Positions 9,941-19,858 of a stretch of DNA of 64,000 nt are shown here, piece by piece. Each line of letters starts with the position of its first letter. Within the stretch, counting starts at the first letter, position 1. The stretch lies in assembly GCA_903842085.1 (NCBI GenBank), contig CAIMLA010000050.1, positions 5,133 to 69,132 on the forward strand. The letters are read 5' to 3'. This DNA is from an uncultured bacterium. Lineage in GTDB: Bacteria > Patescibacteriota > CPR2 > UBA1875 > CAIMLA01. The position numbers and the translations under genes were made by a program. The notes beneath the pieces were generated by a model. It saw only the letters and a program-made list of their open reading frames with translations, ran no database searches and was not told where the DNA came from.

Positions 9941-11092
9941 CTATTTTTCAAAATTATGCAAAAACTCTTCTTTAAATTTTTTAAATCTTTTCTCTCGAAT
10001 GGCCACTCTAACCTGCTCCATAAGCTTCATCAAAAATCTTAGGTTATGCAAGGTAGTTAATCTAATCCCTAATATTTCCTTCTCCCGGATCAAATGCGAA
10101 ATATAGGCCCGGGAAAATTGTTGACAAGCAGAGCAATCACACTCCAACTCAATTGGCTTAAAATCAGATGAATACTTGGCGTTATTAAGATTTAATCGAC
10201 CAAGCTTAGTCCAGACTGTTCCATTCCTAGCAATCCTAGTGGCCAAGACACAATCGAACATATCGATACCTCTCTCAACCCCCTCCAGCAGATCTTCAGG
10301 CGAGCCAACGCCCATCAAATATCTTGGCTTTTCCCTTGGTAAAGACGGTTCTATCAGATCAAGCGTCCGATGCATATCAATTTTTTCTTCACCAACAGAT
10401 AGACCGCCAATCGCGATCCCATCAAAGGGCAGGCTGCTGATGTATTTAGCCGATTCTAACCTGAGCTTGTCAAAAATTACACCCTGAATAATTCCGAATA
10501 GTGCTTGATAATGGCCGTATTCGGATAATCTTCCTTGTTTTTCATGGAAACTTAAGGCTTGTTTTGCCCAGCCGTGGGTCCTCTCCATTGCCCTTTGAGC
10601 ATATTCAAAAGTTGAATCATGGGGAGCACATTCATCGAAGCACATTATTATGTCGGCACCGATCGTTTCCTGCATTTTTATAACACCTTCAGGGGTGAAT
10701 AAATGCTTTGTCCCATCTAAGTGAGATCGAAATTCGACCCCGTCGTCTTTTATTTTTACTAAATTGTGATCGCCTTTATTCCCCTTACCTAAAGAAAATA
10801 CCTGAAATCCGCCTGAATCAGTCAGAATCGGTTTTTCCCAGGACATGAAATTATGGATCCCTTTGGCTTGCCTTATAATCTCAAGACCTGGTCTTAAGTA
10901 GAGGTGGTAGTTGTTCGCTAGTATTATCTGTACTTTAAGTTCGGCTAATTCTGCAGGTGAAACCGTTTTAACTGAACCCAAAGTTCCAACTGGCATAAAG
11001 ACAGGAGTGTCTATTTTTCCATGAGGGGTGGTGATTTGACCAACCCGGGCCTTGCCCTCTTCGGCTTCAATAGTAAAGGTAAATTTGTCCAT
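9941..11092 (-). CDS. tgt: Queuine tRNA-ribosyltransferase
   Basis: 383 aa. The TIM-barrel TGT signature and the C-terminal zinc site (CDCSACQQ...H) are present. Confidence 0.9.
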   Translation of the reverse strand: MDKFTFTIEAEEGKARVGQITTPHGKIDTPVFMPVGTLGSVKTVSPAELAELKVQIILANNYHLYLRPGLEIIRQAKGIHNFMSWEKPILTDSGGFQVFSLGKGNKGDHNLVKIKDDGVEFRSHLDGTKHLFTPEGVIKMQETIGADIIMCFDECAPHDSTFEYAQRAMERTHGWAKQALSFHEKQGRLSEYGHYQALFGIIQGVIFDKLRLESAKYISSLPFDGIAIGGLSVGEEKIDMHRTLDLIEPSLPREKPRYLMGVGSPEDLLEGVERGIDMFDCVLATRIARNGTVWTKLGRLNLNNAKYSSDFKPIELECDCSACQQFSRAYISHLIREKEILGIRLTTLHNLRFLMKLMEQVRVAIREKRFKKFKEEFLHNFEK

Positions 11093-11133
11093 TGGTTTTT
11101 ATTATATGTAATAACACTTCGTTTTTATATAAC

Positions 11134-11159
11134 AAAAGAGGTCGTTTCCAACCTCTTTT
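11134..11159 (-). terminator. Rho-independent terminator downstream of rplL
   Basis: Palindrome AAAAGAGGTcgtttccaACCTCTTTT. On the minus strand the stem is followed by UUUUGUUAUAU. Confidence 0.5.
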
Positions 11160-11180
11160 GTAACTAATATATTCTTTAGC

Positions 11181-11741
11181 TTATTGTAGCTCAACCGTTG
11201 CTCCAGCAGCAACCAATTTTTCTTTAGCTGTCTCAGCTTCTTCCTTTTTTACGTTTTCCTTCACGGCGATGGGCGCTCCTTCAGCCATATCTTTCGCTTC
11301 TTTAAGCCCTAAATCAGGCAATACTTCGCGGATTGCCTTAATTACACCAATTTTATTACTACCTGCAGAAGTAAGAACTACATTGAAAAAACTTTTTTCT
11401 TCCTCGCTAGAATCAGGACCGGCAGCAGAAGCAACTCCTGCAGCAGCAACTGGCGCAGCCGCGCTGACACCGAATCGATCTTCTAGGGTTTTGACTAGGT
11501 CTGAAAGCTCAATCACGCTCAAGTCTTCGATCTGCTTAATAAGATCCTTAAATTTACCAGTTGGGGCTGGCTTTTCTTCTGATTTTACTTCCTTGGCCGT
11601 TTCTTTAATTTCCTCAACCGCGACCTCTATTTTTTCGACCGCTTCGATTACTTCTGTGGCTTCTTCTTTTGCTTCTTCAACTGCCTCAGAGGCTTTTTCT
11701 ACTTCTTCTTTTATTTCGTCTTTTTTTTCTTCGTCAGCCAT
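11181..11741 (-). CDS. rplL: 50S ribosomal protein L7/L12 with a long acidic N-terminal extension
   Basis: C-terminal 120 aa match L7/L12 (dimerisation helix, Ala/Gly hinge, CTD ...[13 protein letters not shown]...). The N-terminal ~57 aa E/K/A/V-rich extension is unusual. Confidence 0.85.
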   Translation of the reverse strand: MADEEKKDEIKEEVEKASEAVEEAKEEATEVIEAVEKIEVAVEEIKETAKEVKSEEKPAPTGKFKDLIKQIEDLSVIELSDLVKTLEDRFGVSAAAPVAAAGVASAAGPDSSEEEKSFFNVVLTSAGSNKIGVIKAIREVLPDLGLKEAKDMAEGAPIAVKENVKKEEAETAKEKLVAAGATVELQ

Positions 11742-11787
11742 ATTTCTCCTTCTAAACAGTTAATCCATTGACGCTGGTTTAACTTAA

Positions 11788-12336
11788 TTAATTAATTACA
11801 CACCTTTTTTCTTTATAAGCATTTAAAACGTTTATTAAGCCACGAGTATTACCCGACATGACATTTAGTAATCCAGACATCGGCGCCGCTAAAGAGCCGA
11901 CTATTCTCGAATACAGCTCTTCTCGGCCAGGGATTTGGGCCAGGGATTTGACCGAAAAGGCATTTATTTCAGCGCCTTCGAGAATGCCTCCTAGAATCTC
12001 TAGCTTTTCATTTTTTTTACTAAAATCATAAGTAATTTTTGCGGGAGCAACCTCATCTATATAGCTAAAAGCTGCCGCAATCGGATGCCCATCAAGCGTT
12101 TTAGCTTCGATGTCTAAGCTTGATTCCTGAATGGCCAGTTTAAGCAAAGTATTTTTGATAATTTTGTATTCAATGTTCTGTTTTCTTAATTCGTCTCTCA
12201 CCGTATCGATATCTTCTACAGTTAAGCCTCGATAGTCAGTAAAAATCACGGACTTAGACTTCTCCAGTTTTATAACTAAATCATTTACTAATGATTCTTT
12301 TTTCTCTCTTGTAATGGCCATGTTTCTCCTAAACAA
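11788..12336 (-). CDS. rplJ: 50S ribosomal protein L10
   Basis: L10 family sequence, directly upstream of rplL. The real start may be the internal MAITREKK. Confidence 0.85.
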   Translation of the reverse strand: MFRRNMAITREKKESLVNDLVIKLEKSKSVIFTDYRGLTVEDIDTVRDELRKQNIEYKIIKNTLLKLAIQESSLDIEAKTLDGHPIAAAFSYIDEVAPAKITYDFSKKNEKLEILGGILEGAEINAFSVKSLAQIPGREELYSRIVGSLAAPMSGLLNVMSGNTRGLINVLNAYKEKRCVIN

Positions 12337-12613
12337 TAAATATTCTTTATCAAAAAATCTTCGGTTTCCCGAAGACAGCTAAAAACGAATTCAGCTCCTA
12401 GGTAGCGCATTAAGGCTTGGGCCTGCTACTGTCTCCGGATCTATTGTTCCTAAATCCTATCAAAAGTCACGGTCTTTGTCAATTAAAATATTGTAATTTC
12501 GAGACGCTTTAATCTGGTTCTTAAAAATCTTGTCTTAGTGAAAGAAGATAATTATCAAGCCTGACCTTATCTAGTGTTCTTCTCCTCTGGGGATCTGCAT
12601 TTATTAGGGCTTA
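12337..12613 (-). promoter_or_regulatory. Long 5' leader of rplJ-rplL with a terminator-like hairpin (12367-12384) immediately before the RBS; candidate L10 leader attenuator
   Basis: 277-nt non-coding gap. On the minus strand, UCUUCGGGAAACCGAAGA then UUUUUUGAUAAAG lies ~25 nt before the rplJ ATG. Confidence 0.35.
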
Positions 12614-13123
12614 TTATTCAAAAAATGTAATATCGAGATTAGGCTTTTTGAGGAAACGAACTTTAATGTCCAACTCCTCAAAAAGTTTTTTAAATGAATC
12701 ATCACTATACTTTTCAAAAACAATAACTTCTTTTATCCCTGCGTTTGCGATCATCTTAGCACAAATATTACATGGAGTATGAGTGCAATACATCTTTGAA
12801 TTATTGAGGCTAATTCCCTTGCTCGAAGCTTGTATAATCGCATTTTGTTCAGCATGAATCGCTCGACAAATCTCATGCTTTTCACCGCTCTTTATCCCCA
12901 TTTCGTCTCTAAGACAACCTAATTCGAGACAATCTCGGGCTCCTCTTGCTGCGCCATTATAGCCAGTAGAAATTACAATTTTATCTTTAACTATAACGGC
13001 CCCAACACTATGTCTCCTACAAGTTGCTCTCTCTGATACGATTAAAGCCATCTTTAAAAAATAGCTATCGATATCTGGACGAGTCGTTTTTCTTTTGCGA
13101 TTGTTTGTTAAGTCGTGAGCCAT
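12614..13123 (-). CDS. dCMP deaminase (ComEB-like cytidine/deoxycytidylate deaminase)
   Basis: HAEQNAI and PCNICAKMI zinc-binding CDA motifs. Confidence 0.8.
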   Translation of the reverse strand: MAHDLTNNRKRKTTRPDIDSYFLKMALIVSERATCRRHSVGAVIVKDKIVISTGYNGAARGARDCLELGCLRDEMGIKSGEKHEICRAIHAEQNAIIQASSKGISLNNSKMYCTHTPCNICAKMIANAGIKEVIVFEKYSDDSFKKLFEELDIKVRFLKKPNLDITFFE

Positions 13124-13129
13124 TTTAAG

Positions 13130-15058
13130 CTACCTCGTAAAATAATAATTATAAAAATCAGCCGCCACTGGCACTGCATAGACGTCTCCTCCGCCCGCCC
13201 CTTCCAACAAGACTGTTAACACGACCTGGGGTTGACTGTAAGGCGCAAAAGAGGTAAACCAAGCATGTTGTTTTGAGTTATTAGGTCCGTATTGGGCCGT
13301 TCCAGTTTTACCCGCAATTTCACCGGGGAGATTCTTTAGCGCCGCCCCACTTCCACTAGTCACTGTTTGTCTCATCCCCGCTCGAACAATGGCAAGATTT
13401 TTTTCAGATATAATATTTTTATCTAGAGGTTCAGCCGGAACTTGACTTATCATTTTTCCATTTTGATCTAAGACAGAATCTGCTAATTTCGGCTTATAGA
13501 GGGTTCCTCCATTTGCAATCGCGCTTGTGGCATTTGCAATTTGGAGTGGTGTCACCAAGATATCACCTTGTCCAATGGCCATATGATAGGTATCCCCAAG
13601 ATACCATGGCTGGGCTTGAGTTCGTTCCTTCCACTCTGGGTCAGGAAGTGAGCCCTTGGCTTCGCCCAAGATATCAATTCCGGTGTATTTTGCAAAGCCA
13701 AATTTTTCCAGATAGGATTTCATTTTTTCTGGTCCTAAGCCTTTTATGTTTTGATAGCCGCCGCCAATTGCATAAAAAAACGTATTCACTGATTCAGCAA
13801 TGGCCTTCGTGACATTTGTCACACCGTGGCCACCCGCTTTCCAATCCGGAAAACTAAATTCACCAATCTTGATTCCTCCGGTCGAATTCACGGTACTACT
13901 TTCATTGATTGTCCCTTCTTCTAAGGCTGCTGCCGCTAAAAAAGGCTTAATCGATGAACCTGAAGGATATTCACCCCCAGTGGCTCTGAAGATTAAGGGC
14001 TGATCTTCATTTTTTAATAATAAATCATAGTCAGCATCACTGATTCCTTTTGCAAATAGGTTGTTATCATAACTAGGGAGTGAGACTAGAGCTAATATTT
14101 TGCCCGTATTCGGATCCATGGCGATAGCAGACGCTTTGCTAATCTTGGCAAGCTTCATCTGTTTCTGAAGGGCTTCAGTTAAAACTCTTTGTAAATTGAG
14201 ATCAATCGATAGTTTCACATTGTCCCCTGGTATTGGTTCAATTAATCCAAGCACTTTCTCATTCTGTCCCTCGGAATTTACTTCAATTCTTTCCTTGCCA
14301 TTAATGCCCTTTAACTGATTTTCGTACGTTTTCTCTATTCCTGACTTTCCGATAAAATCTGTCAATAAATAGTTTTTATTACCCTTAAGCTCTTCTTCTG
14401 AGATTCTGCCAACATAACCCAGTGCGTGGGAGAGCAAGCCTCCATCTAGGTATTCTCTGATCGGATTAACCTCGATCGAAATTCCTTTTAGCTCTTTTAT
14501 CTGAGAAGATATTATGATGGCCGTGTCTTTAGTCAGGTTTTTACTAATGAGCACCGGTTGGGTATATTGCGAGCCCTTTTCAATGATCTTTTTATTTATG
14601 TCTTCGACGCTACTATTCGTAATTTTAGCAAGATTTGAGATTACAAGATCCCGCTCTTTTTGTTCAGCAGGAAGGTTGCTTGGCGTAATGACGAGGTCGT
14701 AATTTGGCACATTCTTGACTAAAGGGGTCCCATTTTTATCATAAATGATTCCCCGAGGGGCTCTCACGATTCGTTCCTTGAGCCTATTAAGTTCCGCGCT
14801 ATTAAAGTTTGCTTTTCCCTTGACTATCTGAAGGTCGAAAAGCTTACCCGAAATTAAAATAAAAGTTAAAATGATAAATCCAAAAAAAATCAGAAAGTAA
14901 TAATTCTTCTTCTCATTCTCTATGTTAGGCGCATCGACATCGGCGGTTAAAACATGGTTAATCCATTTTTCTGATTCAGCGGTTTTGCTCGTTTGAATCT
15001 TCCATTTTTTCTCCCCTTCAAGCCCTATTAAATTTTTAAATATATTCTTTTTACTCAT
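13130..15058 (-). CDS. mrdA: Penicillin-binding protein 2 (elongasome transpeptidase)
   Basis: 642 aa. N-terminal TM, SxxK (SSIKP), SxN (SVN), KTG (KTGTA). Immediately upstream of mreBCD. Confidence 0.85.
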   Translation of the reverse strand: MSKKNIFKNLIGLEGEKKWKIQTSKTAESEKWINHVLTADVDAPNIENEKKNYYFLIFFGFIILTFILISGKLFDLQIVKGKANFNSAELNRLKERIVRAPRGIIYDKNGTPLVKNVPNYDLVITPSNLPAEQKERDLVISNLAKITNSSVEDINKKIIEKGSQYTQPVLISKNLTKDTAIIISSQIKELKGISIEVNPIREYLDGGLLSHALGYVGRISEEELKGNKNYLLTDFIGKSGIEKTYENQLKGINGKERIEVNSEGQNEKVLGLIEPIPGDNVKLSIDLNLQRVLTEALQKQMKLAKISKASAIAMDPNTGKILALVSLPSYDNNLFAKGISDADYDLLLKNEDQPLIFRATGGEYPSGSSIKPFLAAAALEEGTINESSTVNSTGGIKIGEFSFPDWKAGGHGVTNVTKAIAESVNTFFYAIGGGYQNIKGLGPEKMKSYLEKFGFAKYTGIDILGEAKGSLPDPEWKERTQAQPWYLGDTYHMAIGQGDILVTPLQIANATSAIANGGTLYKPKLADSVLDQNGKMISQVPAEPLDKNIISEKNLAIVRAGMRQTVTSGSGAALKNLPGEIAGKTGTAQYGPNNSKQHAWFTSFAPYSQPQVVLTVLLEGAGGGDVYAVPVAADFYNYYFTR

Positions 15059-15546
15059 TTATCCATTTTTTCTTCTAACCATAAAAAATACTTCTCTAAA
15101 ACCCGATCAATTATAACAGCAAAGGTCAAAGATAATAAAATGCAAATAAGATACGAGAATAAATAGGTTTGCCAAGAATCCCAATTATTAATCAGTATCC
15201 TCGTCTTAAATAAATAAACGATTGTAATTGAAATTGTGACAAGACCAAGAAAAGTGAATTTATTTGAGTAATTACTTTTACGATAAAAAAAGAAACGATC
15301 AACCAAGGTAATCGCTATAAATAGAATTGTATAAAATGGATAACTATTATTTGAGGCGAAATCAAATAACATGCCTGCGAGGGTTGCTATAATTGGAATA
15401 AAATTATTCCGGCTTTTTAAAGATAGGTCGATAAGAAAAGGCAGAAACAGAAAAGGGGTGACCTCGAATATAACAAAATAGGGCATAAAAGAAAGTTCTA
15501 GAAAAACCAAAGCCATCGATATTAAAAAAGTCACAAGAAATGGCAT
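15055..15546 (-). CDS. mreD: Rod shape-determining protein MreD
   Basis: 163 aa polytopic membrane protein, in mreBCD order. Confidence 0.6.
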   Translation of the reverse strand: MPFLVTFLISMALVFLELSFMPYFVIFEVTPFLFLPFLIDLSLKSRNNFIPIIATLAGMLFDFASNNSYPFYTILFIAITLVDRFFFYRKSNYSNKFTFLGLVTISITIVYLFKTRILINNWDSWQTYLFSYLICILLSLTFAVIIDRVLEKYFLWLEEKMDK

Positions 15547-16337
15547 TAGCTCCTCTTTATTACCATGACATTATCTAATGTATTAAAGTCTAAGAAGGGT
15601 TGGATATCTATGGCTTGAAAGATTGACCCAGATATCTGTTGGACGTTTTCAACCTCCCCGATTAGTAAGCCTTTGGGGAAAGTTCCTCCAAGACCACTAG
15701 TTGAGACAATATCTCCTTTTATCACCTTTTCATTTTGGGGAACTTGGTCCATAGAGAGACCATTCCCAATTTTGCCTTTTGTCGTCCCTGAGATATTCTT
15801 GTTTACAACTGTGGCCGCGATCGTACTCTCAGGATCGGTAATCAATATTACTTTGGCTGTTTTTGTTTCAACGACATTTACTCGACCAACTAGATAGCCG
15901 CTTGCCACAACAATGTCGCCAAGCTTAACTCCATCGTCTGTACCGACCCCAATTACAACTGAACTGGTAATATTTGAAGGGTCGAAATAAACAACCTTTG
16001 TCCCGATCAGATTATATTGAGAGGCTTTTTTAAAGTTAAGATCGTTTCGTAATTGGTTGTTTTCTTTTTGTAACGAATCTAGCTTGCTTACTTCATTAAG
16101 GGCGACGTCTAATTTGTTTTGGAGGCTTTTATTATCCTTCTGCAGACTTCCAACGTTAATAATATTTCTAAAGAATCCCGAGACACCTGAGCCTAGGTCC
16201 GTAAAGACCGTCCCCACTGGCTTAGTATAAGACAAGACACTTCTAGTGATGCCGAATCTCCCCACATTATCAATCGTCACAAATGCTAGCAAGATCACCA
16301 CAATAATAATAAATGTGAATGACTTCTTTCTCTTCAT
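15546..16337 (-). CDS. mreC: Rod shape-determining protein MreC
   Basis: N-terminal TM, coiled coil, then a beta-rich domain. Position between mreB and mreD. Confidence 0.75.
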   Translation of the reverse strand: MKRKKSFTFIIIVVILLAFVTIDNVGRFGITRSVLSYTKPVGTVFTDLGSGVSGFFRNIINVGSLQKDNKSLQNKLDVALNEVSKLDSLQKENNQLRNDLNFKKASQYNLIGTKVVYFDPSNITSSVVIGVGTDDGVKLGDIVVASGYLVGRVNVVETKTAKVILITDPESTIAATVVNKNISGTTKGKIGNGLSMDQVPQNEKVIKGDIVSTSGLGGTFPKGLLIGEVENVQQISGSIFQAIDIQPFLDFNTLDNVMVIKRS

Positions 16338-17396
16338 CTAGCCTACTTTTGGCGATTTTTCATATTGAGTTGTAACTAAAACTTCCTTTAGAACATCAAT
16401 ATCTTCTAAGACCAAACCGGCGCCCCTGACCACACAGGTTAAAGGATCTTCAGCTATCTGGACAGGCATTTTTGTATTAACGCTAATCAATTTATCAAGA
16501 CCCCTTAAGAGGGCTCCACCGCCAGCTAAAATAATCCCTTTGTCCATGATATCAGCGACCAACTCGGGTGGAGTTTCTTCGATCGTCATCTTCACTGAAT
16601 CAACAATTTCCATTATTGAACGAGACAAAGCTTGTCTGACTTGATCGCTATCAACGGTGATTGCTTTAGGCAGCCCTGTCACTAAATCGCGACCTCTCAT
16701 AATCGATTCCAGGCGGTCCTTCATCGGATAGGCTGAACCAATGTCAATTTTGATATCTTCAGCGGTTCTCTCGCCCAGCAAAAGATTATATTCGTCCTTT
16801 GCAAACTGAATGATATCTTCATTCAGTTCATCTCCGGCAATTCTCATGGACCGAGATGCAACAATCCCACCAAGTGAAATAACGGCCACTTCTGTTGTGC
16901 CTCCGCCGATATCAACAATCATCGACCCAGAAGCATTTTGGACCGGCAGTCTCGCCCCTATGGCCGCGGCCATTGGCTCTTCAATCAGATACGCTTTTCT
17001 AGCGCCAGCATTAGTTGTGGCATCTTCGACGGCTCTTTTTTCCACCTCCGTCACACCAGATGGAATCCCGATTACGACTCTAGGACGTGGTAAAATCGAG
17101 AATTTTTCTTTGTGTACTTTTTCAATAAAATATTTCAACATCTGTTCCGTTACTTCAAAATCACTAACCACACCATCGACGAGTGGTCTTCTAGCGACAA
17201 TGTTGGCCGGTGTTTTGCCAACCATCTTCTTTGCGTCTTCGCCTATGGCCAGGATTTGCTTAGTTTTTGTGTTCAGAGCAACGACTGAGGGTTCATTTAT
17301 AACAATGCCTCTTCCTTTAACATAGACAAGGGTATTTGCTGTCCCTAGATCAATCCCGATATCATGAGAAAAGTATCCAAATATCTTATTTAACAT
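16338..17396 (-). CDS. mreB: Rod shape-determining protein MreB
   Basis: Actin-fold ATPase (DLGTANTLVYV ... GGGTTEVA ... LAGGGALL). Confidence 0.9.
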   Translation of the reverse strand: MLNKIFGYFSHDIGIDLGTANTLVYVKGRGIVINEPSVVALNTKTKQILAIGEDAKKMVGKTPANIVARRPLVDGVVSDFEVTEQMLKYFIEKVHKEKFSILPRPRVVIGIPSGVTEVEKRAVEDATTNAGARKAYLIEEPMAAAIGARLPVQNASGSMIVDIGGGTTEVAVISLGGIVASRSMRIAGDELNEDIIQFAKDEYNLLLGERTAEDIKIDIGSAYPMKDRLESIMRGRDLVTGLPKAITVDSDQVRQALSRSIMEIVDSVKMTIEETPPELVADIMDKGIILAGGGALLRGLDKLISVNTKMPVQIAEDPLTCVVRGAGLVLEDIDVLKEVLVTTQYEKSPKVG

Positions 17397-18645
17397 CTAC
17401 TATTTCCTTTATTCTAGTTAAGATATTATCATATTGAATCATTTCGCTATTGTCACGAGCTCGTTCTTTTAACTCAATGGCCTTACTTTCTAGGGTTTTA
17501 TTACTAATAATGAGTCTAATTGGAATGCCGATTAAATCCGCATCAGTTAGCTTGACGCCGTTGCTCTCGCTTCGATCATCCCAGATAACCTCAATCTTCT
17601 TTTTCATTAACTTCTCATAAAGACGCTTCGTCTCAGTCAAAACTTCCCTGTTATCCCCCATATTTATCAGATGAACTTTAAAGGGAGCAATTTCGATTGG
17701 CCAAATAAGGCCATCCTTATCATGAGAGACCTCAACGATGGCCCCCATTAATCTCCCTAGCCCAATTCCGTAGCAACCCATTAGGATAGGCTTATCTTCA
17801 CCTAGTCGGTCTCTATAAGTCAGCCCAAAAGGGGCAGAAAATTTAGACATCAATTTAAATATATTTCCAACCTCAATGGCCTTTATTTCCGTCAGTTTCG
17901 GGTTACCGCATTCTGGGCAGGTGCTTTGCTCGTTAATAATTTCCTTATTTACCGCCACCTTACATTTTTTACATAGATAGATTAAATCCTCTCCTGAATC
18001 AGACTCAGTTTGAAATTCATGTGAATATTTTGAGAAACTTCCACCAGAAGCGAAGGTTTTATAGGTTTTGCTTCCGATCCCAACCTTATTAAAAATGTTC
18101 TTATAGGCGTTTGAGGCCTTCTCGTAGTAGTCGTCTAGGTCTTCTTTACTTGAGTGAAAAGAATATAGATCCTTCATTATAAATTCTCGACCACGCAGTA
18201 AGCCTCCCTTAGCTCGTTTTTCGTCTCTAAACTTATTTTGAATTTGGTAGAGATACTTTGGCAAGTCCTTATAGGAAAAAATAAATTTTTTTGCTAAGGG
18301 CACGACTACTTCTTCATGAGTTGGCCCTAAAACTAAGTCAGTCTTACTGTAATAGCTGGTAAATTTATACAAATTATCTTCCGTCTCCCAACGACCAGTT
18401 TTCTGCCAATTTTCCTTGGGCTGTAAAACCGGCATTAATATTTCTTGACCTTGGATCTTATTTATTTCATCTCTGATTACAGAAGATATTTTTTCAATCG
18501 TTTTTAATCCTAGTGGCAAGTATGTATAGACACCCGAGGCAAGTTGATCGATATAGCTTCCCCGTATCAATAAGTCAGCATTTATACTATCCGCTTCTTT
18601 TACTTTTTCTCGACGAGTTTTTATTAAGCTTTCTGAAAATTTCAT
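17386..18645 (-). CDS. proS: Prolyl-tRNA synthetase, compact form
   Basis: Class II motifs (FRDE, GCYGIGLGRL) and C-terminal anticodon-binding domain. The editing insertion is absent and a CxxC...CxxC zinc ribbon sits at that position. Confidence 0.85.
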   Translation of the reverse strand: MKFSESLIKTRREKVKEADSINADLLIRGSYIDQLASGVYTYLPLGLKTIEKISSVIRDEINKIQGQEILMPVLQPKENWQKTGRWETEDNLYKFTSYYSKTDLVLGPTHEEVVVPLAKKFIFSYKDLPKYLYQIQNKFRDEKRAKGGLLRGREFIMKDLYSFHSSKEDLDDYYEKASNAYKNIFNKVGIGSKTYKTFASGGSFSKYSHEFQTESDSGEDLIYLCKKCKVAVNKEIINEQSTCPECGNPKLTEIKAIEVGNIFKLMSKFSAPFGLTYRDRLGEDKPILMGCYGIGLGRLMGAIVEVSHDKDGLIWPIEIAPFKVHLINMGDNREVLTETKRLYEKLMKKKIEVIWDDRSESNGVKLTDADLIGIPIRLIISNKTLESKAIELKERARDNSEMIQYDNILTRIKEIVDVK

Positions 18646-18646
18646 A

Positions 18647-19858
18647 TTACTTCCCCACTAATTTTAAAATATATTGCCAGACTTCAAAAGTGAAGAAATC
18701 TCTAAAAGTAACAATTATCATGAGCGACATTAAGGCGACAAAACCCACCAGGTTCACGATGCTTTTAAGCTTTAGGGATATCTTTTTTCTTGTTAGAAGC
18801 TCAATCAGGGTAAAGGCGATGAAGCCTCCGTCCAGCGCTGGGATGGGTAAGATATTGAATAAAGCGACACTGATACTCAAGATGATTGCAAATTGGATTA
18901 TCGCTTCTACTCCAAGATGGGAGAAATAATCAGTAACCACAACTAGTCCGATTGGACCAACCATATTCTCTGACAGTTTAAATTGGGTAAATATCTTACT
19001 AAAGAAATCATATATTCCGATAATCGTATATTTAGCGATACCGACCTCTGAGACAATAGCTGCCTTGATTGAGGTAAAAACGTTGCCTTTTAGTTCACCG
19101 GTCGTTTCAGGAATAATCCCAATCCTATTTACTTCTACTTCTTTTTTGTTAGCTATCTGAACCTTCGATTTGTAGGTCGTCAAACTTTTGTTTAAAGTTT
19201 CGTTACCTCGTAATATTTCCAAATCTACTTTTGCTCCACTTGCTCCAATTTTAGAACGAATTTGAGTTATCAACTCGTCAGAAAAATAAACACTTTGTCC
19301 ATCAACTTTCTTGATAATGTCACCGCTTTTAATTCCTTCCGTTTCTGCTGGGGTGTTTTTCTCGACTTCAGCCACCATGACTGAGACAGTACTTTTAATC
19401 CCGTCACTCCCGTCTACGCTTGGAAAGATTTTACGACTATAATCGCCTAATTCTATCGGTTTGAAACCAATTAGGAATAGAAAATATAACATGATAAAAG
19501 CCGTTAATAAGTTCATGATGACCCCAGCAGAAAATATCAATAACAAAGTCGCTGCGTTTTGATCATATAATTTCTTTGATGATTTAGTTTTATTCTTAGT
19601 GTGTTCCTTTTCAATAATGATCGTCTCAACTTCTTCTGTTTCTTCGTCGTCTCCTTCGAGCTTTACATAGCCCCCAAAGGGAATAAGATTTATTTTATAC
19701 TCTGTATCGCCGATCTTTTTTGACCATAATTTAAAAAAGAAACCAAAAGCAAAGACCTTTACGCCAACTTTTGCATATTTTGCCGCTAAGAAGTGGCCGA
19801 GTTCATGAAAAAAAACGATCAAACCAAATACTAAAATAAATGTAATTGCGGTAATCAA
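18647..19858 (-). CDS. rseP: RIP metalloprotease RseP (site-2 protease, M50)
   Basis: HELGHF HExxH motif in TM1, a PDZ domain, and a C-terminal LDG motif region. Confidence 0.8.
   Translation of the reverse strand: MITAITFILVFGLIVFFHELGHFLAAKYAKVGVKVFAFGFFFKLWSKKIGDTEYKINLIPFGGYVKLEGDDEETEEVETIIIEKEHTKNKTKSSKKLYDQNAATLLLIFSAGVIMNLLTAFIMLYFLFLIGFKPIELGDYSRKIFPSVDGSDGIKSTVSVMVAEVEKNTPAETEGIKSGDIIKKVDGQSVYFSDELITQIRSKIGASGAKVDLEILRGNETLNKSLTTYKSKVQIANKKEVEVNRIGIIPETTGELKGNVFTSIKAAIVSEVGIAKYTIIGIYDFFSKIFTQFKLSENMVGPIGLVVVTDYFSHLGVEAIIQFAIILSISVALFNILPIPALDGGFIAFTLIELLTRKKISLKLKSIVNLVGFVALMSLMIIVTFRDFFTFEVWQYILKLVGK

Noticed and set aside
11269-11763. 164-aa Ser/Ala-rich ORF on the plus strand.
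   Set aside because: It is entirely antisense to rplL, and its low-complexity composition mirrors the acidic codons of the opposite strand.
16810-17325. 171-aa ORF on the plus strand.
   Set aside because: It is antisense and internal to mreB, a highly conserved gene, so it is a spurious shadow ORF.
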